A DNA stretch of 58,347 bases, the filler included, from Sphacelaria rigidula (taxonomy: Eukaryota): assembly GCA_964200075.2 (NCBI GenBank). It is 10 parts of 10 records of this genome, joined end to end, with 100 filler letters (N's around TTAATTAATTAA, not from the genome) between each part and the next. Parts side by side here need not be neighbours in the genome. Positions count along the whole stretch, not along the records: positions 46,760 to 52,503 come from CAXNAA020024796.1; positions 52,604 to 58,347 come from CAXNAA020024797.1; 8 more parts are not named here. One strand, given 5' to 3'. Below the pieces are notes generated by a model. The model made no database searches. It was given only the letters and a program-made list of their open reading frames with translations, and had not been told where the DNA came from. This document shows positions 47,996-58,347 of this stretch, one piece after another. A program made the position numbers and the translations under genes. Each line of letters begins with the position of its first letter. Positions within the stretch are counted from its first letter, which is position 1.

Positions 47996-48360
47996 GTGTG
48001 TGTGTGTGTTGTCGCCCCTTCTGTTCTGGACGCCAGTCTGCTACTCTCGGTATATGTTGGTACAACAGTCGGGGTTACATGAGAGGAGAGTCAACACAGC
48101 GTTTCTTCATTTTTTTTTCATGATACTGTACTCCACCTTCCTTCTGCGGTGTTTGCCTTTCTTTTTTTTCACGAGAGGGGTTCAGCAGTCCCTTTCCCTC
48201 GTCGACCGTTAAGAAGACGTTAGTGTAATCACGACATAACCATTCTCCACTGTTGAGCATGGTGTAAGAAAAAAATCCAGATCGCTCCGAGATTGATTTG
48301 AACCCACGACCCAACCGTCACAAAGTTTCGAGGCTATCAACTGAGCCACCAGGGCGGCCG
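47996..48360 (-). mobile_element. tRNA-derived SINE with (CA)n tail, copy 2
   Basis: Minus head gccctggtggctcagttgatagc...gtgggttcaaatc (A and B boxes); body homologous to 34297-34669. Confidence 0.78.
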
Positions 48361-50757
48361 GCATCACATAAATTTCGACGGCATACTCGGGTTCATATAT
48401 ATTTTCGGTTCTCATTTTTACTTTTTCTGTCCTGAAGACAGGGTCTAAAGTCTAAAGGCCACGGCGGGCCCTGACCCCCTTATCTCATGTGGGCGTTGCG
48501 TCTTTCATTAAAACATCTATTCCGAACCTTTTACAACAGCCAGACAACCCAAAGGCCGTTTGCACGATTGGGTGCTATAGTATGGGTTGAAAACAGAACA
48601 AGACGATGTACCTTTACGCGATGTGTTTCTCCCGCCACGCTACTGTACGCTGGTGCACATGGGTCCTGGTCCAGCTTCAACCTCAGCATCCGTACAGACG
48701 TCAGATGCCCAGTACGAATGTACCGCGCAGATATCGGAACGGTTTTTTAATGTGAAGACAACCACAACAACAGCAACACTTACTGGAGCGTTGTGGGTTA
48801 TGAGGAGGTGGGCTGTGGGTTAGTTGCATCCTTGAAGAATAATGCAATGCAGGGAAGGAATCGGCGTCCTGGCCCAAGACTCGTGCGGAATGTTATTTAT
48901 GGTGCAATCCTGGACTATACCGTTGCGAGAAGTCAAACGCTACAAATGCTGGTCGTGCACTGTTAGACATGAAGGACAGAACTACTGCTGCGTCTATTTG
49001 CTATAATACAGCGATGCCACGACTCCGTAGAACCGTCCTGTGTCGTGTGTCCAATTATTTCCGAAGAACAACAAACGCCTTCTTGTCACTGTCAGCCGTA
49101 CTACTGTTGCCCCTTCCCCTTCTCTACGGTTCTGTTTTTGTGTGCTTCTTATCATGTGCTTTCATCGTAATGATGAATGTATGTACCAATATTATATTAC
49201 AGTCATGATACAAAACAGCTGCACACACCTACCTCAACGCTCCAGTCTTTTCCCACTTCGCGACATCAGCATCCTTCCCCTCTCCCCATCCTCCACTGAC
49301 ATTCCTTCTTACACCGTCGGATCACCGGATGTTATCCCGAATACAAGCCATGGTCCTTGCAGGTATTCGAGTACCGGCGTCTGTTGTGAGGCTCGCAGGC
49401 TCAAGTCACTAGCAGAATCTTGTAGGTACAGGTCCTCTACCCTCGTGGCACTCGCTTGCCGGGTCAACGATCTAGCTGTAGCGGGTACGCAGGCGCGCTT
49501 ACGCGCATTGCGTTGCTTCACCTCAAGCGAGAGAGAGAGCTCTCACCCGGGCGATTACTGCTCACTACTTCTGCTTGTCGGTGGATGCATCATGTCCGTC
49601 ACCCACAAGCAGAGGAGTGTGACACATACTTTTTTTTTTTGACAAATTGGGGTACGCGTTTGAAACTGAACAGCACTCTTTCATGATGATCTAACTCGCT
49701 CATGCCTCATGACACAAAAAGGGGACAAGACACGACAGACGTGAAGCAAAACCAGGGCTCGAATCACATTCCCCCCACTCCTCCCCTTTGCCTCCTGCTA
49801 CTGCCTGTCGTACCCCGTTCACCGGGCGCATCAATTTTGGTGCGTGCGCGGTATTCCTCGTCTCTCTCGTGATGCCAACCTGGAACGTGCGGTTCACTAT
49901 CGTAACCCGGCAGTTCACTGAGAACATTGCGGCACGGGGACGTATCTTCACTCGGAATCCTCTTGGGTAGCGTCGACAAGCTTGGGCCTTCTGTGTGCTG
50001 CGGACAAAATTGAAGACGCATATACAGAGGCGCGAGAGGAGGGCCAGACCGTTCGTTCGGGTGATCGCAGTTTTAGGCAGGTGTATTTTTTCCCTGCCCT
50101 GGCCGGGGGCTGGAACAATCTCGGGCGGAGCCTGGGGAGAAACGCAGCTTTTCAGGATCCGTTTGCTACTTGGAGATCACATTCTGAGTGGGGCGGGTGG
50201 CAATTTTCGTTAGCTGGCTTGTGTAAAATCGTCAGCAAGGAGCGAGGGGTAAATAGCGGCGGTAGTCGTGTTTTTTTGTGGTGACGGCGAACGGCGGCCC
50301 ATCGTTTCGTGTTTGTTGTGTCTGTGTGCGTTTTGGGCGGTGCGCTGCGGATATATGATATAAGTGGCCTCGGCTGCACTGGCCTTTCTTTACATTTTTC
50401 GTTCCCGCGTTCAGACATATTTTTGCTATCGGTTTATTTAGCATATTCGTTGGCTCTCTATATAGACACATCGGTTGTACTTGGACGTACGTGGGCAGCA
50501 CGCACGGAGACCGACACATACGGGTGTTCGGTTTTTGCAGCAGCAACAACAGTGGGTTTTGTAGTGATTTTGCCTGCTAGTCGGGCATTTACACGACAGT
50601 TGAAACCCCCACATTCCTGCTGTAGCATTCGTTGAGGCGAGGGCTTCTCAGTCATACGAAGCCTTAATCCCTCCCCCTACCCCCCCACCCCCTCGAAGCT
50701 ATTTTATTGCGAAAGCTAGAGTGGTCCCGTGGGATTTTTTAGTTTATTTTTACACAA

Positions 50758-51027
50758 ATGTCATCAAGTGAGAGCCGAGGGGGGGGTAGCGGAGGAGATG
50801 GGGGCGGGTCGGCGGGGGGGGGTGGAGGTGGCGGGGGAAGCGGGGTGGGAGCGGACGCGGTGCCCTGGCCAACCGGAGCCGACGGTTACAAGTTGGATAA
50901 GATCATAGGGAAGGGGGCGTTTGCGACTGTGTGGAAGGCGTATTGCGCGGCTCGACGGGTGCACGTAGCGGTAAAGGTGATGGATTTGGAGAACGTTACG
51001 CACAGCTTCGAGGATATCCGCCAAGAG
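50758..51027 (+). CDS. STE20-family Ser/Thr kinase (OSR1/SPAK/Fray-like), first coding exon
   Basis: ATG and Gly-rich leader, then WPTGADGYKLDKIIGKGAFATVWKAYC...VAVKVMDLE...FEDIRQE|gtgagt; covers the GxGxxA loop, VAVK lysine and alphaC Glu; the WP motif before subdomain I is typical of the OSR1/SPAK group. Confidence 0.9.
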
Positions 51028-51206
51028 GTGAGTGAAAATGAGAATAGTTTTTGTTAGGAGGCGGGCCCGGGGGGAAGATGAGGGGGGTGGTTCATGAACG
51101 GACAGCGCCATGGACATTAATGAATGCTTTTGGTAGGTTGTTCGTTTTCGTACCGTGTGCTGATGCACTGATGACAAGAGCCACCAGTTTGTCAACAAAC
51201 AGGTAA

Positions 51207-51415
51207 CCCTTAGACCGCGAGGTTAGGTCACCTGCTGAATCGGCAACAGAGTTTACTTGAAAATAGCATGTGTGATCCAGATGGACTACCCGCACCGTGG
51301 TCTAGAGGTTAACCCTTGGACGGGAGAGAGAGTAGGTCACCTGTTGAATCGGCATCAATTCCACTTGCAAAAGTATGCGTGATCCAGATGGACTACCCCC
51401 CTCGTGGTCGAAGGG
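51207..51415. mobile_element. Two head-to-tail ~100-bp piggyBac-like MITEs sharing one TTAA
   Basis: gtaa|cccttagaccgcgagg...ggtctagagg|ttaa|cccttggacg...ggtcgaaggg|ttaa. Confidence 0.8.
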
Positions 51416-51903
51416 TTAATTCGGGATACGGTACGGTACTCTACCCTGAACCGCTATAGAGTTGTGGACTGGTGTCTATATTACATAGATATAGTAGGTA
51501 TATAAAATGGTTCCAGCCAATGGTGCGTGTGTTGTGTATACTCTCCCCCCTAATCTAATACAAATTTTGTTTGATACAACAGTGCCTATCGGAAAAATAT
51601 GCTCCTCTCACGAGGGCTTGGCAATATATATATATATATATATATATCTTGCCGACATTAGAGAGCTCAGGAAAACGTTTTTTTTCCCATCTTGGAGTCA
51701 GAGTGGAAGGAAAAATAGCCGGTAACGGTGCACATTCCACTCTGATTTTTTTTCGGAGCGATTTTTTTCAGAGTGAGAGTGCCGTTTGCACCTCTTCACT
51801 CTGAAAACCGTTGTTTCTCTTCAGAGTTCATAGCGGAACAAAAAACAACCACGCCCACCTTCACCACCATGGTAACCGCCAGTCCAAAATCAATACACCT
51901 TAA

Positions 51904-52001
51904 CCCTTAGACCGCGAGATTAGTCTTTCTGGATCATGGATACTTTTTTTCACTTGAAATTGATGCCGATTCAACACAAGACTAACCTCGCGGTCTAAGG
52001 G
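51904..52001. mobile_element. 98-bp piggyBac-like MITE, inverted copy
   Basis: ttaa|cccttagaccgcgagattagtct ... agactaacctcgcggtctaaggg|ttaa. Confidence 0.9.
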
Positions 52002-52503
52002 TTAAGGTATGAAGGGAAAAATGGGAAAAATATATATGGTCGGACCCAGAAAATTCACAGACGACGCGATACAAAATAAAACAAAGTGAAAGTGCGATGG
52101 AAGGAAAAAATACGACCTGATAAAAATTTACCTCAACATAAATGGCCGAAGACACGCACTGAGGAGATATCAGAAAGGGGAAAGGTGGCGCCTGACGACA
52201 TGGGTTACCCATCGTAAATGTTACCATGACTGTGCAAGGGCGGGTGGTGTCGACTATATCCACACATGAACGTGAAAAAGGGGTCTGTCTGGAGTATCAT
52301 GATGGTTACGACAGGCCAGGGGGGTTCGAAAACATCGCTAATGGCTACCACCAGGCGTTTCATAGCAACAGCATGATGTCAACGCAGCCAACACCCTCAA
52401 CGCCAATGGCAACGCCATCGACACACGCCGGGAAAAAGCCACCATGGCTCTCAACGAATACCCTCGCTTTCGAGTAGATGTATACACCCAGCATGTTGCC
52501 CAT

Positions 52504-52603
52504 NNNNNNNNNNNNNNNNNNNNNNNNNNNNNNNNNNNNNNNNNNNNTTAATTAATTAANNNNNNNNNNNNNNNNNNNNNNNNNNNNNNNNNNNNNNNNN
52601 NNN
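52504..52603. other. Artificial contig-joining linker 9
   Basis: Same 100-bp spacer. Confidence 0.98.
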
Positions 52604-52950
52604 GGGGAAAGCACCACCCGCCCCCCCGGCGAAAGTGAAACTCCCTTTGCCCCCCCCCCCCCCCCCCGCATTGGTAAGGTTTTGCACCCCAGGATGATCT
52701 GGGCAGCGGTGTTCACACTTTATATACTACGGTTCACAGAAGAAAATCTGATGCACTTCGCCCTCTGTTTGTCTGCACCACCATTTTTATTGCGGCACAA
52801 ACGGGGGTGCGACGTGCCTAGCGCAGAGTGTCTTTTTAGACGGGTTTTTGTTTTGTACGTTTGTTTTTCTTATCGAGCAGGAACACGCCATGATGACAGC
52901 TTGATTCATCGCGTCCGGTCACGAGATGACCGGCTGCGCGTTGGTTGCCT

Positions 52951-52953
<3 letters not shown>

Positions 52954-53008
<55 letters not shown>
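52954..53008. repeat. (GT)n microsatellite
   Basis: Read directly. Confidence 0.97.
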
Positions 53009-53009
<1 letters not shown>

Positions 53010-54287
53010 TTTTATAACGCTGCTCGGCGGCGAGCTGTGGTCGCGTGCGATTACTACTCCAACGAGCGGTTTTAGTATAGCTTCATGCTCTGTCTGAAAA
53101 ACAAAAATCAATCTTGGATCAAAGGAAAATTATGCGGTGGAGAGAGAGAGAGAGGTGTTGTGTGCGTCATGTTGCGTACAGATATAAATAGGTGGTTGTA
53201 CATTTATAGCACATAAACACCTCGTAATATATTTTTTCAGTGCAAGCTCGGGAGAAGGATGGTTTGCCGTATTTAGTTTCTCGACTATTTTTTCGCTTTT
53301 CTTTAGCTCCGATTTTTCGGGGTCCCGCTCGCTGAACGCACGTGCATACCACTGTTTACACCGGGCGGGGATGTCGTGTATGCTCTTCGAGTATTGATGA
53401 TTTTTTTTTTCTGTTGGTTGTTCTTTCGGTACCTCCTTTATTTTCTGTCCTAGAAGTCGCTGTACAATTACGCATAGCACGTACATGTACGTATATTCCC
53501 GGGAAAACGTGTAGACAATGAAAGAATCAATCCAATTTCATGTCGGAGTGATTTGTTTATTTTACGTTTTCTGGGTGTTGTGTGACAGAATCTCTCTCAT
53601 CGCTGAGACCATGCATGCTCATACGTGTCACTCTGCTTTGTTGTATTGCTGTCTTCAGGAGAAACAAAAAAACAGCTTCGGATTTTGACGGTTTTGGTTG
53701 TCGTGGATGTGTTCATGGGGGGTGTCGAAATTGGAGTATGACGTTGTAACCTCCGGTGCTTTTGGAGAAAAAGACCGAGTGGCTTCTTTTCGGCACCGTC
53801 CGGAAAGAAGCGCATTTCGCCACGTGAACAAATACCCCTCCTCCGTGTTTGTGCCTCTGCGCGCTGTTTCGGAGTACTTGCGGTACTTGCAGGCTGACTT
53901 CGAAAATAGACGTACTTTTTCATCAGTGGTACATGGTATGAAACGGCGGGGGGGGGGGGGTTCTGTTGTTTTTAGTGGGTCAGGGTTTCGTGTATTTGTA
54001 CAGTGCGCCTTGCTTGTAATTGATGTTTGCTGTATGAATGGGTAGAAAAGACGCACGTACGGGGTTCATTAACTCGAACAATCTGACAGGCTATCAAGCG
54101 ATAGGTCAACCGTGAATCAGTAGTGCATGTGTATACAGTAAGTGGCATTTTTTTCGGTGTATAATTTGTACTGAAAATCAAACAAAAATTCATCGGAAAA
54201 CGTGAACAACTGCTACCTCGTGAGCAGCTACAAGTTATTCACTTGTGTATTTATACGCATCGCGTGTATCTACGCGTACGTGTATTT

Positions 54288-54326
54288 GTGGGAGATTGTG
54301 GGAGATTGTGGGAGATTGCGGGAGAT
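54288..54326. repeat. 10-bp tandem repeat (GTGGGAGATT) x ~4
   Basis: Read directly. Confidence 0.9.
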
Positions 54327-57300
54327 CGCGCACGTGCTTTTGTACGCGTTTGTGTTGGCGTATGTGATCAGTGCGGCGTAGTGGTAGGCGTACTTGCATA
54401 TGTCCGTGCGTGCTTCTCAAGAGTATGTTGAACAAATATGTGTCGTGATTCAAAAGAGTAAGTTAAGTATAGGTCGTCTGTGTGTGCGCGTGCGGTGCGT
54501 TGTTAAAGTGAGTCATGAGAAAGAAGGGAGTGGGCATATATAGCAAGTGTTACTTCATGTGCCGTACGACGATTGCTAGTGTTTGGGTGTGTGTGCCGTT
54601 CTTAAATGTTGATCGGTTTTGGTTGTTGGTGCTGTTAAAATTTTGGGTGGTTTGTTGATGAGTTGCTTTGTTTTGTGTGTGTCTTTGTGTGTCCTGTTTT
54701 TTTCAAACATCGTAGCAGCCAGCCCTTCTATTCAGACCCGCCGCGTTCGGGGAGGTGGAAGAAGATTCCCGCAGGCAACCACATACTGAAAAAAGGTGGT
54801 GATATTTTCGTTTTCATCGTGGATGAAAACGACCTAGGAGGCTCGCTTGTGGATGGCGAAATGCCGTACAACCCAACGTGACCACCCCTCCACTCATGTC
54901 GTTTTCCAAACTAGATTTTCTCGAGCAAGAGCCTGCCCTGTCCAAACAGGAGCAGGTCTTTCGGCAGATGATCTCGGCCAGGCCTTGCTGACGATGCAGC
55001 TATAGATCGGTGCCATGAGCGAGGTCGTTGTGGAAAGAGTTGAGTTGGGCAGGTGATATCAGGATGTGCGATTACCCTTGGCTTCAGGGTATGATAGCAG
55101 CGACACATTTTCAGCTGGCAGCGTGCGGGGTTGGAAGAGCTCGTCGTTTAGTTGTGGATTTCATGTGTGCGTAGCCTCGGGGGCTTCATCTTGTCGTGTT
55201 CACGCGGTTGTTTGTTTCGTGTGTGCTGTCTTTGTTCGGCGACGTGCTTACGAGTACTGCGTGGTGTGTCAACGCTGCGCATGAATCCGGCAATATACCT
55301 TGATTCAGTATATTTATGGAGGGCAAAATTATTATTTCGTATGCTGAGTTTAAACCAATCGAACGCGTCATTTTTTTCCGCGGCCAGGTGGGTCTAGCTA
55401 CGGATTTGAGTGGACGTTGGTTTTTAACTTGCGATTTATATAGTGAACTACACATATAAATAATTATTACTTTAGGTCGTGCTTTCCTACAAAAAGAGTA
55501 CGCAGAGAGAGTTCCATGTACGGTTTGCCGTGAGTATCAGCATGCTGCATTCTCCGTCGCTTACTAATCTTCGCCCTCGATGTGTTCGGAGGTGTTTGGC
55601 TGTTGTCGGCGGCCGACGTGAATCGTCAGCTAGAGGCTACTACGGTATTACTCCTGACGGACGGGACTCAGCTTATTACAAGTTCGGCGACGCGTTGCTG
55701 GTGCAGATTTGTTGGGCTTGTGGGTATTAAGAGGCGTGAGGGGCTATTTCGGGGTTCTGTTACTGCTTAGATGTTTGGTTTTCGAGACACGATTCGTTTT
55801 TGACTGGAAGATCTGCGGGTTCTCGTCTCGTGTCTGTTTCGCGGCAGCATGTAGAGCACCGAGAGGGGGGCGGGGGGATTCGACATGGTGTTGTCACTTA
55901 CCTCCAGCTGTTTCGGTCATTTGCAGTGACAGAGACGTATATAGAGACGGGAGAGACGGAGACGGACGGAGGCCATGCCGTTGAATTTAAAATTGGCACA
56001 CGTAGCACCGTTCATTCCACTACTATACAGTACTGTCTCAGATAGATTATAATTAGAGCTATAATATATGGCCTACCCAGCACGATTATTCCTCTGTTTC
56101 CCCCTTCATGAAGATGCACTTTTCTCGGGGTAAGACCAGTTCTTCGAGCACCCGAAATCACTGCGAAAAGCCCTGACCACACGCGCATACAACCATGGAG
56201 CGTTTTTTTTTTTCGTTCCCTGTCCCTTTATCTCGAAATAGCCTCAAAACTTTCTTCCGTTCTTCCCGAATGATCTTCTTTTCAGAGAACAACTCTGACA
56301 CCGGATTTTGACAGCTCTCCAATTTTACCAGATGGACATTTTCTGAGATTTTTTTCAAGAGCAAGCATTTCGCAGAAATATGTGTGAAAAAACGGATCTG
56401 GTCGGTACTTTTGTTCCGTTTTACCTGGACTTTCTGATTGATTGGTTAGTTGATTGTCGCACTTTAACCTGATCCTCTAGGGATCCAACCGTGGTCATTA
56501 TCCACATGATAGACACACCCGAGACAATAAAAAACTGAAACACTCGCTAAAGAGAAATGAAGAAAAAACAAGAACGTAAAACAGACCAGCAGAGAACTTC
56601 GTAGCCGAAAAAACATGTTCTTGAGATCAGGAACGACTCCTCGTTTTCGGAACGGGTTCGAACTCGATTTGGAGCATATGGCCGCCGAGCAATTCCAGGC
56701 ATGTAACTCTGGGCCGACCAAGACGTGGGTTGAAGGCGTATTTTATTCATTGAAAGCTTGCCAACAGAAGAGGGAGAAATGATTGTTCCAACGGCGATTA
56801 GGATTGGCGGTCGTGCCAAACCAAGAGAGAGAGAGACGGTGATTTTGTCTCTCCTTGTACCCTACACTAGACGCCTCTGTGTGCTGTCATCAGTCGGCAT
56901 TGGGACGTGGGGCGGAAGAGGCAGGCTGCTGGCAGAGCATCTTCCGCACAACCGCAGGTACATGTGCCCCAAACCATCCGTGCCCCGCTCTAATATGCAC
57001 AATGACCTGCAGCGGTCGGGATCTTAATCTATACAAGGTCCCTTACCGGCCTTCGGCCGGCGGCGGTCCCTTTTTTAGCGGGTCATTCCTGACGCGTTAT
57101 AAACAGCCAAGCCTTCGTGTTTTGTCGTGTAGTAAGGATTGTTTGAGAAGGAAAAGGCCGGTTACGGGTGGTGAGGCTCGTAGGGACGGAAGCACCATCA
57201 TTCTTTTGCAATTATTGAGTTTCCGTGTTGCCGTCATCAGGTCGATCGTATTCTGCTCTTCCCGTTTTGTGGTTATGAACGGCATCTTGGTTCGAAGAGG

Positions 57301-57818
57301 GTGTAGTAATGTGTCGTCGAACATAAGTTGTTGGGATGCGTCTTTCATCAGAAGAAGTGTGTTGAAGGGTGTGGAAAGGGTAACACAATGCGGGAAGAAA
57401 GGATCGATTACACACCTCAAGAAGGTGTAGCATTGAACACGTTAAGAGAACGAACAACAACAGTAGAACATAACCGAAGGAAATCAATCGGATTGTAGAT
57501 AGCTTTTAGAGGAATGCTCTTTCAAGCTTACATAGTCCTTACATGCGCCGTCCTCGTACCTCGAGTGAGAGGCGACAACCTACACATCTATCCCCCCGAG
57601 TTAGGTATGTCACGCCCGCTGTTCACTAGGTTGACTTAAAAGTTATTGTTAAGTACGCGGTCCTCTCACGCACTACAGGGAGATGAGTCTCTCGTGAACC
57701 CGGTGAGTTGTTACACACTATAATAATTTAAACTGGGTGCAGCGTTCGCCGTTATCATCTTATTATATCGTTCGCCGTTATCATCATCAAGAGGTGTACT
57801 ACAGAGAAACAAGTTCAC

Positions 57819-58077
57819 CAGTGTTTTCGTGAAACTGAGAGTAGAGGATACGATTGAGAGTGAAAAGCGATCAAGAAGTGAATGAATCGTTTCAGTTCTG
57901 AAATGCCCCTCCACGAGGCCCAATATGCTTTCTGTAGTAGCTTGCCACTGAGGCCCTTAATATCCCCGAGTAGGATATCGACGTGTAGCTGTGAGCTCAC
58001 GCAAGTGATGGAGGCAAAGAAAATCACACACGGAATGAAATATTGGGTAAGGTGAAGCGAGTGATCAAAACCACTCT
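57819..58077. repeat. Dispersed repeat shared with 17369-17431 (possible LTR end)
   Basis: cagtgttttcgtga(a/g)a(c/t)tgagagtaga(g/t)gatacga(t/g)tgagagtg is present at both loci; the minus strand ends ...cacgaaaaCA followed by cTGG. Confidence 0.55.
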
Positions 58078-58347
58078 TAATCAGCGCGCTACTCTAAATA
58101 TCACGGGAACGTTGTTGTTTGCGTTTCGAAGCGTTTCGGATAAAAATTGCAGTTGTTCGTTTAATACTAAACCATGATCATACAGTGTATATTACTACAT
58201 GCTCTTTCCACGACTAGGCGTTTTTTTCTCCCGCCCATACTCCTTAATTGGAACATGTTTCCTTTACACCGGGAATCGAGTTCGAGACCTTGCTCGTGTC
58301 CCCCCTCCCTCCCCCCCCCCCCCCCCCCCCCGCCCCCCTCTCCTTCG

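Noticed and set aside
50779..50850. G-quadruplex regulatory element in the kinase 5' coding region
   Set aside because: The G-runs are explained by Gly codons in a low-complexity leader, and G/C runs are common throughout this window.
5746..52603. Regularly spaced TTAATTAATTAA motif as a biological repeat or CRISPR-like array
   Set aside because: It always sits centred in N padding with a fixed 100-bp length; it is a six-frame-stop scaffolding linker.
54715..54881. Possible terminal exon (..WKKIPAGNHILKKGGDIFVFIVDEND..)
   Set aside because: The acceptor is plausible, but no homology was recognised and no partner exon was found.

Overview
Eukaryotic nuclear DNA, most likely a brown alga (Phaeophyceae); this is inferred from the short exons in long TE-rich introns and from the repeat families. 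The window is not one locus. It is ten unplaced contigs of 5745 bp (seven) and 5744 bp (three), apparently sorted by size and joined by nine 100-bp artificial linkers (N44-TTAATTAATTAA-N44), so nothing can be inferred across a linker. Host-gene fragments, all with GT-AG introns: the last three exons of an LL-diaminopimelate aminotransferase (dapL); the last two exons of a P/Q/G-rich protein with NPF and DPF motifs; two or three exons of a WGR-domain PARP-like protein; the last exon of RPL36; and the first exon of a STE20 (OSR1/SPAK-like) kinase. The rest is mostly transposon DNA: two copies of one Ty3/Gypsy family (one with RT-RNaseH-IN, one missing ~3 kb internally), a remnant of a second chromoviral Gypsy lineage, LINE fragments, tRNA-derived SINEs, and many nested MITEs with TA, TTAA or variable 4-bp TSDs. 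The most novel-looking signal is the Gypsy integrase tail, where a chromodomain lacking most cage aromatics is followed by a candidate Tudor-like domain in both copies. Most ORFs in the supplied track are spurious.
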